Under the pieces are notes generated by a model. It had not been told where the DNA came from, did not search any database, and saw only the letters and a program-made list of their open reading frames with translations. Shown one piece after another: positions 44,200-53,357 of a stretch of 64,000 nt of DNA (positions within the stretch are counted from its first letter, which is position 1; the number at the start of each line of letters is the position of its first letter). The stretch spans positions 8,636-72,635 of the forward strand of contig CAVVWD010000001.1 of assembly GCA_963751835.1 (NCBI GenBank), read 5' to 3'. The position numbers and the translations under genes are program-made. The DNA comes from an uncultured Thermoleophilaceae bacterium (GTDB lineage: Bacteria > Actinomycetota > Thermoleophilia > Solirubrobacterales > Thermoleophilaceae).

Positions 44200-44966
44200 T
44201 GCCCGGGGAGATGCGCCCGTACAGCCGGTCCGAGTTCAACAGGGCACTCGTCGTCAACGCCCTGACCCAGCCGTTCAATGTCGTCCTGCTGGCCGGGATC
44301 GTGATCGCCGGCCTGCTGCTCAACCAGCTTCTCCCGCTACTGGTAGTCGGGCTCGTGGTGTACGGGATCGCGGTCGCCCGCACCTATCTCGACGAGGACG
44401 AGGCGAACAAGGTGCTCGAGCGCGAGCGCGAGCAGCGCCGCGAGCGCCTCGAGGCCGGTCGGCTCGACCCCGGTGTCCTCGCGGACCCGATCGCGGAGCT
44501 CCTCGGCGAGGGACGCCGGCGAGAGGCGCGAATCCGCGACGCGATCGACCGTGCCGAGCTGCCCTACGAGGAGGTGTCACAGGAGGTCGACCGCTTCATC
44601 CGCGCGATGGAGGACGGCGCCCGGCGCGCGCAGCTCCTCTACGAGGCCCTCGCCGAGAGCCCGCCCGCCGCGGTCGAACGGCGGCTGGCCGAGGTCAGCG
44701 GCGACGCGTCGAAGGCGGAGCTCACGGCGGCGCTCGAGAATCAGCTGTTGGTGCTGAGGCGGATGGAGGGCCAGCTCCAGCGCTTCTACGACGAGATGGA
44801 GCGCGTGCTGGTCGAGCTCGACACCGTGCGCGGGAACCTCGTCTCGGTGTCTGCTTCCACGGAGGCCGCGAACCAACAGCGCCTCGCGGGTGACGTTCGC
44901 GCGCTGCGCGAGGAGGTCGGCGCGGTCGCCGCGGGGATGAGCGAGGCGTACGAGGGAAGCTCCTGA
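44199..44966 (+). CDS. membrane-anchored coiled-coil protein (two N-terminal TM helices)
   Basis: 255 aa. TGATG overlap with the upstream gene. Hydrophobic residues about 17-60, then Glu/Arg/Leu-rich helical sequence. Confidence 0.7.
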   Translation: MPGEMRPYSRSEFNRALVVNALTQPFNVVLLAGIVIAGLLLNQLLPLLVVGLVVYGIAVARTYLDEDEANKVLEREREQRRERLEAGRLDPGVLADPIAELLGEGRRREARIRDAIDRAELPYEEVSQEVDRFIRAMEDGARRAQLLYEALAESPPAAVERRLAEVSGDASKAELTAALENQLLVLRRMEGQLQRFYDEMERVLVELDTVRGNLVSVSASTEAANQQRLAGDVRALREEVGAVAAGMSEAYEGSS

Positions 44967-44992
44967 GGCGCGCTGGTTGGCGCCGCGCCGGC

Positions 44993-45979
44993 TCAGCGGT
45001 TCGAGCGAGCGTACGCGCGCACGACGAAGTACGCCGCGCGCGGCGTGCCGTCGGGGTCGACTAGCCCGGAGTCGAAGCGGGCGCCGGGCGGCGCGCCGAA
45101 CCAGTTGTAGACGAACACCCCGGTGATCCTGGAGCGCATGCCACGGCGCCTGGAGTCGTAGCGCTCCGCCAGCCGGAACATCCAGCGCGTGCGCTGCGCC
45201 GCGCGGGACTCCGAGTAGGGCCACTGTCCGCTGCCCTCGAACGCCACGATCCCGTTCGTCTCGGTCATCCAGACCTCGCCCGGCACGGTCTCGAGCATCA
45301 CGCGGGTATCAAATGACGTGCCGTTGTTCACATCCTGGTAGTTGTGCAGCCCCCAGAGGCGCGGCCGGCCGGGTGCGTGGCGCAGGAACTCGCGCAGGTA
45401 CCGGTGCATGTTCGCGGTGTCCAGCACGTCGGCCGCCAAAACGCGGAAGCGCCGGCGGCGGCTCTCGCGGAGCAGCACCCGGTAATAGCGGACCGCGAGG
45501 CGTGGACGCGTGAAGGTCGGCTGTGAGATGTGGTTGACCTCGTTCCAGGCCGAGTAGGTGCGCACCCACGGGTAGCGGTTGTCGAACCTGCGGACCGCGG
45601 CGCGGTACGCCCTCGCGCTCGGCGGGCGGCAGACCCTGCTTCGCGAGTAGCGGCGGCCGTCGAAGCAGCCCGAGCGGGCACCGAACGTCACGAGCACGTC
45701 CTGTCCTTGCGCGCGGGCGGCGCTCATGAAGCCGTCCACCTCCGCCAAGGCTCCGGTCCTGGCCCAGTCCCAGGCGACGACGTAGCGCACCCGCTTTAGC
45801 CCCAGGCTATGCCAGGCCGGAGTGCCGAACATCGCGGCGCTGTGCTCGCCGATGCCCACGCGGTAGCTCGCATCGGCGGGCCCCGCCGCGACGAGCACGG
45901 CGAGAAGCCAGATCAGAATCGCGGCGCCCAGCCCCTGCCGGCATACCCCAAATGTCATGGCGGTTGACCGTTTGGGCAT
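44993..45979 (-). CDS. secreted clan GH-A-like glycoside hydrolase
   Basis: ATG 45979 in ORF 44993..46048. Signal peptide. AWNEVNH (acid/base Glu context) and VWMTETNG (nucleophile context). The family-level call is tentative. Confidence 0.6.
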   Translation of the reverse strand: MPKRSTAMTFGVCRQGLGAAILIWLLAVLVAAGPADASYRVGIGEHSAAMFGTPAWHSLGLKRVRYVVAWDWARTGALAEVDGFMSAARAQGQDVLVTFGARSGCFDGRRYSRSRVCRPPSARAYRAAVRRFDNRYPWVRTYSAWNEVNHISQPTFTRPRLAVRYYRVLLRESRRRRFRVLAADVLDTANMHRYLREFLRHAPGRPRLWGLHNYQDVNNGTSFDTRVMLETVPGEVWMTETNGIVAFEGSGQWPYSESRAAQRTRWMFRLAERYDSRRRGMRSRITGVFVYNWFGAPPGARFDSGLVDPDGTPRAAYFVVRAYARSNR

Positions 45980-46201
45980 CCGGCTGTAGCGTACCGACGG
46001 CGTCGAGTGCGCCTCGGGCGCAAAGGCCAAGCTCGGCGCTATCCGCACCTCCCCCGATCTCGGCCACGAGCCGCCGCCAATACTTCTCGCGCCGCCCTAG
46101 GCGCGTGCCAAATGACGGGACCATCCCGACCCCGGAGCCGGTCTCCACCCGCACCCAGGAGGTGTTCTCAGCCTGTTGGGATTTCGGAAGGAGGCAACGA
46201 C

Positions 46202-46783
46202 GTGCGCACCAGATTCACCCTCAAGGTCGTCCTGCTCGCGATCATCGCGCTCGGACTTCTGGTCGCTGGCCCGGCAGTCGCTAACGCCAAGGGCGGCGGT
46301 AAGAAGACCCTCATCCTCACCGGCGAGCAGGTCCAGTCGGAGTTCCTGGATCTCGGGACCCCCGGACCAACCCCCTCGCTCGGTGACGAGCTGGTCTTCT
46401 CGGAGACCCTGTTCAAGCGTGGTCGGGAAGTCGGCGTGAGCGCCGTGGACTGCACGGTCAAGCAAAGCGTCCCGCCTTACGACGTTGTGATATTCCACTG
46501 CGTCGCAACCATCAAGCTGTTCATGAAGGGGCAGATCACCCTGCAAGGGCTGATCGAGGTCCAGGGCCTGGACGACCCAGGGCCCTTCAAGGTGGCGATC
46601 ACCGGAGGCACAGGGAAGTTCCGCTGCGCCTGCGGTGAGGCGATATACCGCCAGACGAGCGATCCTGGCGTGGAGCCCGTGACGAGCGTCTACAAGCTGC
46701 GCATCGACTCGTGCAAGAAGGGCAAGAAGGACGATGACAAGAAGGGCAAGAAGGACAGGGACCGAGACAGGGATAGGGACTAA
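46202..46783 (+). CDS. secreted small beta-barrel (dirigent/allene-oxide-cyclase-like) protein with Lys/Asp/Arg-rich tail
   Basis: GTG 46202 is preceded by GGAAGGAGG. Signal peptide ...LLVAGPAVANA. GDELVFSETLF...AITGGTGKFRCACGEA. Tail CKKGKKDDDKKGKKDRDRDRDRD. The fold assignment is tentative. Confidence 0.65.
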   Translation: MRTRFTLKVVLLAIIALGLLVAGPAVANAKGGGKKTLILTGEQVQSEFLDLGTPGPTPSLGDELVFSETLFKRGREVGVSAVDCTVKQSVPPYDVVIFHCVATIKLFMKGQITLQGLIEVQGLDDPGPFKVAITGGTGKFRCACGEAIYRQTSDPGVEPVTSVYKLRIDSCKKGKKDDDKKGKKDRDRDRDRD

Positions 46784-46856
46784 AACAGTGTCTCGGTGAC
46801 GCCGGGCCGCGGGCAGTCGCTCCGCGGCCCGGCGGTCGGGGTCAGGCGCCCATACT

Positions 46857-48089
46857 ATGCCCGTGCGCGCGGGCGACTACGAGATCCTGGAGCCCATCGC
46901 GACCGGCGCGATGGGGGCCGTGTACCGTGCCGCGCGCCTCGACACTCGGGAGGAGGTCGCGCTCAAGCGGCTCCTCGAGGAGCGCAACGTGCGGCGCTTC
47001 GAGATCGAGGCGCGCCTGCTGTCGTCGCTCGAGCATCCGCGCGTCGTGGGCGTGAGGGAGCACTTCGAGCACGGCGGCGACCTCTGGCTCGTGATGGAGC
47101 TCGTCGACGGGCCGAGCCTCCACGACCTGCTCGCCGAGCGGGGCGATCCGGGCCTGCCGGTGGACGAGTCGGTCGAGTACGCGCGCCAGGTCTGCGAGGC
47201 GCTCGCCTACGTGCACGCCCAGTACGTCGTGCACCGCGACGTCAAGCCCGACAACGCGATCCTGGGCTCCGACGGCGTGGTGCTGGTCGACTTCGGCGTC
47301 GCGCGCGAATACGAGACCGGCACCGAGGGGACCGCCGTGATCGGCACGCCCGGCTTCATGGCGCCCGAGGTGCTCGGTGGGGTGGTGTCTCCTCGCTGCG
47401 ACGTCTTCGGCGTGGCCGCCACCTTGTGGACGCTGATCGCCGGCGAGCCGCCCCGCTACGGGGAGGACGCCGTGCTGCCTGTGGAGCCTCACCTCGCGGC
47501 AGCGCTGCGCGCCGGCCTCGAGCTCGACCCGAACCGGCGCACCGGCTCGGTCGAGGCGTTCGCGGCCGCGATCGGCACACGCCTTACACCCGCGCAGGGT
47601 GTCTCGCTCGCCCACAGCCTCGACGAACCCGGGATGCCGCGCACCCTGCTCGAGGCGATCCTGCGGGCCGCCGCGGGTGTGTTCGAGGCGGCCGCGGCCT
47701 CGCTCGCGCTGCTCGACCGTGCGACCGGAGAGCTCGTCTACGAAGCGTCCTGGGGCGCGGCCGGCGAGATCCTGGGTATGCGATTGCCACCCGGGATGGG
47801 GGTGGCGGGTGCGGTGGCCGCCACCGGCGAAGGCGTGGCCGTGCCGGACTGTCGCTCGGACGAGCGCTTCGCAACCGACTGGGCCGCCCGCACCGGCTAT
47901 GTGCCGAGCACCATGCTCACGGTGCCGCTCAGGCGCGGGCAGCACACGTTGGGCGTGCTGCAGGTGCTCGACCGCCGCGACGGCCGCGGCTACGGCCCCG
48001 ACGACGTCGAGCGCGCCGCGGCGTTCGCCGACCTTGCCCTGATGGGCGTCGAGGTGGAGGTGACTGGGCGGGAGACGGTGGTTCCCTAG
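46857..48089 (+). CDS. Ser/Thr protein kinase with C-terminal GAF domain
   Basis: 410 aa. [36 protein letters not shown]-like [13 protein letters not shown]...TMLTVPL. Confidence 0.85.
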   Translation: MPVRAGDYEILEPIATGAMGAVYRAARLDTREEVALKRLLEERNVRRFEIEARLLSSLEHPRVVGVREHFEHGGDLWLVMELVDGPSLHDLLAERGDPGLPVDESVEYARQVCEALAYVHAQYVVHRDVKPDNAILGSDGVVLVDFGVAREYETGTEGTAVIGTPGFMAPEVLGGVVSPRCDVFGVAATLWTLIAGEPPRYGEDAVLPVEPHLAAALRAGLELDPNRRTGSVEAFAAAIGTRLTPAQGVSLAHSLDEPGMPRTLLEAILRAAAGVFEAAAASLALLDRATGELVYEASWGAAGEILGMRLPPGMGVAGAVAATGEGVAVPDCRSDERFATDWAARTGYVPSTMLTVPLRRGQHTLGVLQVLDRRDGRGYGPDDVERAAAFADLALMGVEVEVTGRETVVP

Positions 48090-48965
48090 ACCCGCGCGCC
48101 CAGGACCTCGACGGCCAGCTCGAGCCACCTGGGTCGGGTTGCGGCCCACGCGCACGCCCTTGGCCTCCAGCGCCTCCGCCTTGGCCGCGGCGGTGCCCTT
48201 CGATCCGGACACGATCGCTCCGGCGTGGCCCATCGTCTTGCCGGGCGGCGCGGTGAAGCCGGCGATGTAGGCGAGCACCGGCTTCGAGACCTTCGCCGCG
48301 ATGTAGTCGGCGGCCTCCTCCTCGGCCGAGCCGCCGATCTCGCCGCACATCACGATCAGCTCGGTCTCGGGATCCGCCTCGAACGGCTGGATGATGTCGA
48401 TGAAGCTCGAACCGGGGACCGGATCGCCGCCGATACCCACGATCGACGAGTTGCCGAAGCCGCGCTGAGCCAGCTCGTTGCCGATCTGGTAGGTGAGCGT
48501 GCCGGAGCGGGAGACGAGCCCGACGTTGCCCTCCCTGAAGAACTGCGCGGGGATGATCCCGACGTTGGCCTTGCCGGGAGACAGGACGCCGGGACAGTTG
48601 GGGCCGATGAGCCTGGTCCTGCCTCGTCTCAGGTGGTTGTAGACCTTGAGCTCGTCGTGGGCTGGGATGCCCTCGGTGATCGCTATGACGAGCTCGATCC
48701 CGGCGTCATCGGCCTCGAGGATCGAGTCAGCCGCGAAGCGCGGCGGCACGAAGACCATCGCGGTGTTGGCACCGGTCTCTGCCACGGCGTCGTGGAAGGT
48801 GTTGAAGACGGGTATGCCCTCGACGTCCTGGCCGCCCTTGCCGGGCGTCACGCCGGCCACGACCTGCGTGCCGTAGTCGCGGTTGCGCAACGAGTGGAAG
48901 GTGCCCTCGCGACCCGTGATCCCGGAGACACACAGCCTGGTTGCGCCGTCGACCAAGATCGCCAT
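48086..48965 (-). pseudogene. sucD: succinate--CoA ligase alpha subunit, frame-disrupted 13 codons before the stop (about 48122)
   Basis: ORF 46842..48965 is SucD up to ...[12 protein letters not shown] ([15 protein letters not shown]). The expected end, [14 protein letters not shown] (48086-48088), is in another frame. The listed ORF instead runs on antisense to the kinase. Span is 880 nt (3n+1). Confidence 0.85.
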
Positions 48966-50104
48966 CAGCCCGCCAGCTCCACGACCTTCTCGGCCGCTCC
49001 CAGCATCGTGGCCTCGGTGTGCACGTTCGGCAGATTCGCCTCCGCGAGCAGCGCTCGGCCCTCCTTGTCGTTCGTGCCGTCGAGGCGGACCACGAACGGC
49101 ACGTCCGGCTCGATCTGCCTGAACGCCTCGATCAGTCCGCGCGCGACCTCGTCGCAGCGCGTGATGCCGCCGAAGATGTTGAACAGCACCGCGCTCACCT
49201 TCTCGTCCGAGAGGATCACCTCGACCGCGTCCGTGATCGCCTCGGCCTTGGAGCCGCCGCCCGCGTCGAGGAAGTTGGCCGGGCGCCCGCCCGCCTGGGC
49301 GACCACGTCGAGCGTCGACATCACGAGCCCCGCGCCGTTGCCGAGTATCCCCACGTTGCCGTCGAGCTTGACGTAGGTGAGTCCGCGCTCCTTGGCCATG
49401 CGCTCCTGCGGGTCCTCTGCCGAGACGTCGCGCAGCTCCGCGATGTCCGGATGGCGGAAGAGCGCGTTCGCGTCGATCGTGACCTTGGCGTCGAGCGCCA
49501 CGACCTCGCGCTTCTTGGTGATCAGCAGGGGATTGACCTCGACGAGCGTGGTGTCCTCGCGCACGAACACGTCATAGAGCCTGGCGAGCATCGCGCCGAC
49601 GGGGCGGATCACGTCCTCGGCGATACCCGACTCGAAGGCGAGCCGGCGCCCGTGGAAGTCCTGGAAGCCGACCAGCGGGTCCACGTGGAGCATCCGCATC
49701 GCGTCCGGGTCCTTCTCGGCGACCGTCTCCACGTCCATGCCGCCCATACGAGACAGCATCGCCATCGGCTTCTTGGCCGCCCGGTCGAAGACGATCGCCG
49801 CGTAGTACTCCTCGTCGATCTCGCTGGCGCGCTCCACGTAGAGCTCGTGGACCGTGAAGCCGCGGATGTCCATGCCGAGGATCGCGCTCGCGTGCTCCTC
49901 GGCCTCGTCGCGGTCGTTCGCGAGCTTGATGCCGCCCGCCTTGCCGCGCCCGCCGATCTGGACCTGCGCCTTGATCACCACGGGGAAGCCGAGCTGCTCG
50001 GCCGCCTCGACGGCCTCGCGGACCGAAGCGGCGTGCGCGCCGTCCGGCACCGGGACCTCATGCTTCTTGAAGAGCTGCTTGCCCTGGTATTCGAGAAGGT
50101 CCAT
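48965..50104 (-). CDS. sucC: ADP-forming succinate--CoA ligase beta subunit
   Basis: 379 aa. [15 protein letters not shown]-grasp domain, [18 protein letters not shown]. The stop overlaps the sucD start. Confidence 0.95.
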   Translation of the reverse strand: MDLLEYQGKQLFKKHEVPVPDGAHAASVREAVEAAEQLGFPVVIKAQVQIGGRGKAGGIKLANDRDEAEEHASAILGMDIRGFTVHELYVERASEIDEEYYAAIVFDRAAKKPMAMLSRMGGMDVETVAEKDPDAMRMLHVDPLVGFQDFHGRRLAFESGIAEDVIRPVGAMLARLYDVFVREDTTLVEVNPLLITKKREVVALDAKVTIDANALFRHPDIAELRDVSAEDPQERMAKERGLTYVKLDGNVGILGNGAGLVMSTLDVVAQAGGRPANFLDAGGGSKAEAITDAVEVILSDEKVSAVLFNIFGGITRCDEVARGLIEAFRQIEPDVPFVVRLDGTNDKEGRALLAEANLPNVHTEATMLGAAEKVVELAG

Positions 50105-50204
50105 GACGGATAGATAGAGTGCGCGACCGCCAAAAGCTATCGCTCGTACCCGGCCAAGCCGGGTGCTTGCGCAAGGCGGGCGCTCGACCCTATCGAAAGA
50201 TCAG

Positions 50205-50882
50205 ATGGCTCTACCGAAAGACGTCAAGTTCGTCACGTTCGACTGCTACGGAACGCTCATCGACTGGGAGACAGGCGTCTTCGACGCGTTCCAGAAGGAG
50301 GCCGACCGGGACGGATTCACCATCGACCGCGACGCGTTGATTCCTCGCTTCATCGAGGTGCAGCGCGAGATCCAGCGCGGCTCGTACGAGCTCTACGCCG
50401 AGGTGCTGCGCCGGACCGCCGTGCGCGTGGCAGCCGAGCTCGGCTGGGAGCTCGAGCCCTCGCGCTCGAACTTCCTCCCCAACAGCGTGCCGGCCTGGCC
50501 ACCCTTTCGCGAGACGAACGCGCAGCTCGAGCGCTTCGCCAAGAAATACGAGGTCGGCATCCTCTCGAACATCGACGACAAGCTGCTTGGGGCCACGCGG
50601 CGCCACCTGCGCGTGGACTTCGACCTGGTGGTGACCGCCCAGCAGGTGCGCTCCTACAAGCCGGACCCGGCGCACTTCAAGGAGTGCGCCCGGCGGATCG
50701 GCTCGACCAGGAGGAACTGGGTGCACATCGCCTCCGGATACCCCACCGACGTAGCCCCGTGCATCCAGATGAAGACGCCGGTGATCTGGGTCAACAGGCA
50801 CGGTGAAGAGCCCGAGGGCAAGAAGCCCGACGCCGACGTCCGGACCTTTCGCGACGCCGGCAAGCTGCTGAAGGCCGCTTGA
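50205..50882 (+). CDS. haloacid dehalogenase type II / HAD family hydrolase
   Basis: ATG 50205 in ORF 50163..50882. Motif I FDCYGTLIDW, then ILSNID and YKPD. Confidence 0.8.
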   Translation: MALPKDVKFVTFDCYGTLIDWETGVFDAFQKEADRDGFTIDRDALIPRFIEVQREIQRGSYELYAEVLRRTAVRVAAELGWELEPSRSNFLPNSVPAWPPFRETNAQLERFAKKYEVGILSNIDDKLLGATRRHLRVDFDLVVTAQQVRSYKPDPAHFKECARRIGSTRRNWVHIASGYPTDVAPCIQMKTPVIWVNRHGEEPEGKKPDADVRTFRDAGKLLKAA

Positions 50883-51664
50883 GAGCGGTGTCCGTCAGTC
50901 CGGACGCGCTCGTCGTGACGAGCGCGTTCTGGCAGACGAACGCTGTGGCGCTGCGCGCGGGCGGGGAGGCCGTGCTGATCGACTCTCCCTATCTCCCGGA
51001 CGAGCTCGACGCCGTCCCCGGGCTGCTCGCCGGCGCGGGCTTCGAGCCCGACGGCCTGCTCGCGACGCACGCGGACTTCGACCATCTGCTCGGGCGGCTC
51101 GCCTTTCCGGGCCTGACCCTGGGGCTCGGGGAGTCCTCGGTCGAGCGGCTGCGGCGCGAGCCCGGGCAGGCCCAGCGCGAGCTGCGCGACTACGACGCCC
51201 AGTTCTACCTGTCCCGGTCTGGGCCGCTGGCGCTGGGCCAGGTCCAGGGATTGCCGGTGCCGGGCCGCGTCGACCTGGGCTCGGGCGAAGGAGCCATCGA
51301 GCTCGAGCTGCACCCGGCCGAGGGCCACACTTCCGACGGGATGGCGCTGCTCGCCGAGCCGCTCGGCCTGCTGGTGGTGGGCGACTACCTCTCCGACGTG
51401 GAGATCCCGTGGCTATCGGACGGCGGCTCGCTCGCGGATTACCGGGCCACGCTGGCGCGCCTCGCCCCGCTGCTGGAGCGGGCGTCGACGGTCGTGCCGG
51501 GCCACGGGGCGCCGCACGCGCGCGTCGACGCGCTGCGGTTGCTCGACGAGGACGTCGACTATCTCGATGCGCTCGAGCGCGGGGAGGAGCGCGGGGCGTT
51601 GCCCGCCGGCCGCGACACGAAGGCCCAGCGCAAGATCCACGCGGAGAACCTCAGCGTGGCCTAG
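50879..51664 (+). CDS. MBL-fold metallo-hydrolase
   Basis: 261 aa. THADFDH metal motif. The start overlaps the upstream stop. Confidence 0.8.
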   Translation: MRAVSVSPDALVVTSAFWQTNAVALRAGGEAVLIDSPYLPDELDAVPGLLAGAGFEPDGLLATHADFDHLLGRLAFPGLTLGLGESSVERLRREPGQAQRELRDYDAQFYLSRSGPLALGQVQGLPVPGRVDLGSGEGAIELELHPAEGHTSDGMALLAEPLGLLVVGDYLSDVEIPWLSDGGSLADYRATLARLAPLLERASTVVPGHGAPHARVDALRLLDEDVDYLDALERGEERGALPAGRDTKAQRKIHAENLSVA

Positions 51665-52677
51665 CTGCGCTCGATCACCAGCTTGCGCTCGGGTTGCCGG
51701 ACCGCCTCCGGCGCCTCCTCCCAGTCCACAACGCGGCTCGTGACGAGCCCGGGACGCAGCCTCCCCTCGAGCACCAGCTCGAGGATCGCCGGGATCGTGG
51801 GGCGGGCCTGCGCGCGCCCGATGTGGAAGTTCACGCCGCGCGTGTACATCTCGAGCAACGGCATCGGGGTCTCGGGCTCGAAGAGGATCCCGACGCTCGT
51901 GCAGTCGCCGCCCGGCTCGGTCGAGCGCAGCGCGCAGGCGAGGCTCTCGCGGGTGGCGCCCGCGTCGACGGTGATCGCGTAGGAGCCGAGCTTCCGTGGG
52001 GGCGGGCCCTCGTGCACGTGTGCCCCGAGCTCCTCCGCCACTCGCAGCCGCTCGGGGTCCTCGTCCAGGTACGTCACCCGGCTCGCCCCGAGTGCGTGCG
52101 CGGCGTCGACCGCGTAGAGGCCGATGCTGGGTGCGCCGCCTCCGACGATCAGCACGTCCGCGCCCGGCCGGTGCTCGAGCGGGTGCGCCACGGTCCGCCA
52201 GCCGTCCGGGATGTTGTCGCTCGCGCTCGCAACCGTGGCCGGGGAGAGGTCATCAGGGATCGGCACGAGCATGTGGTCGGCGAACGGCACCCGCACGAGG
52301 TCCGAGAGCGCGCCGCCCCAGTCGCCGCCGAAGGCGCCGAAGCCGAACATCGAGTTCTCCGGGACGGTCAGGCAATCTCCGGTCTGGCCGCGCATGCAGC
52401 GCTCGCACTCGCCGCAGGAGATCTGAAACGGCACCACAGCCCGCGTGCCGACCTCGATCTCGGTCATGTCCCCAACCTGCACGACCTCCGCCACGAACTC
52501 GTGCCCGAGCGCGATCGGAGCCGGCATCGGGGCCGCGCCCCTAACGATGCTGATGTCGAGGTCGCAGAGCGCGACGGCGAGCGGCCGCACCATCGCGTCG
52601 TTCGCCTCGTGCAGCAACGGGTCGGGTGCCTCCTGCCACTCGACGCTGCGGTCATCCGTGATCGTCAGCTGCCTCAT
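51661..52677 (-). CDS. zinc-dependent alcohol dehydrogenase family (MDR) protein
   Basis: 338 aa. GHEFVAEV, CGECERC, VGGGAPSIG. Confidence 0.85.
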   Translation of the reverse strand: MRQLTITDDRSVEWQEAPDPLLHEANDAMVRPLAVALCDLDISIVRGAAPMPAPIALGHEFVAEVVQVGDMTEIEVGTRAVVPFQISCGECERCMRGQTGDCLTVPENSMFGFGAFGGDWGGALSDLVRVPFADHMLVPIPDDLSPATVASASDNIPDGWRTVAHPLEHRPGADVLIVGGGAPSIGLYAVDAAHALGASRVTYLDEDPERLRVAEELGAHVHEGPPPRKLGSYAITVDAGATRESLACALRSTEPGGDCTSVGILFEPETPMPLLEMYTRGVNFHIGRAQARPTIPAILELVLEGRLRPGLVTSRVVDWEEAPEAVRQPERKLVIERS

Positions 52678-52753
52678 GCCGCGGGATCCTCTCGCAAGTC
52701 GCGGCTTCCCGGGAGTGAGCCCCGGGCACCGCCGCCCTCAGCCAGCCACGCTG

Positions 52754-53290
52754 TCAGCCGTCGACGATCAGGAAAGCGAGCTCCGTCTCCCACTTGGAGT
52801 AATCGGGCTCGGTGCCCGGGCTCACCCGAAGATGCTCTACCCCGCACGGGAGCGCGCGACCACGCTTGCTCTCGTGGCTGTACACGATCCCGTGCCGCTC
52901 GGCCCATTCGATCAGAGCCGCCCGCTCGTCGCCCAGGTCCCACTCGGTCTCGCTGCGATATGGACCGACGTGCAGCATCGTGAGGTAGCGGCCCGCCGGC
53001 AGGGCGTCATGCCGAACGCGCTCGTCGGCGGGTACCTCGCCGACCACCGGCACGGCCACCTCGAGCTCGAGCGGCTCGCCGCCGGCGTCAACCTCGTGGG
53101 TCCGGATGAAAGGCGGGCCGGCGGGTGTGACCCCGTGGCGGCGCAGCCACCCGAACAGCTCGGGGAACGCCGGATCGACGGCGGCCGGCACCCCACTGGT
53201 CACGTGGCACCAGACGCCGAGGTAGGGCTGCGCGGCGCGCTCCTCGATCTGCGGCGTGCGAGCATCGACGGACTCGGTTGTGTCGGTCAT
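52754..53290 (-). CDS. GyrI-like small-molecule-binding domain protein
   Basis: 178 aa. Layout is typical of effector-binding (GyrI/SbmC-like) domains (...GRYLTMLHVGPY...). Confidence 0.65.
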   Translation of the reverse strand: MTDTTESVDARTPQIEERAAQPYLGVWCHVTSGVPAAVDPAFPELFGWLRRHGVTPAGPPFIRTHEVDAGGEPLELEVAVPVVGEVPADERVRHDALPAGRYLTMLHVGPYRSETEWDLGDERAALIEWAERHGIVYSHESKRGRALPCGVEHLRVSPGTEPDYSKWETELAFLIVDG

Positions 53291-53357
53291 GTTCTGTGTG
53301 ACCCGGCCGGCGTCACTAACTCATCGGTGGCTCGCTCGTCGCGAGCGGCCGGGGCCG

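Noticed and set aside
46842-48085. 3' two-thirds of the 707-aa ORF 46842..48965, and plus-strand ORF 46796..48256
   Set aside because: These are read-through past the frame-shifted sucD end and a shadow frame of the kinase gene. Neither has protein-like composition.
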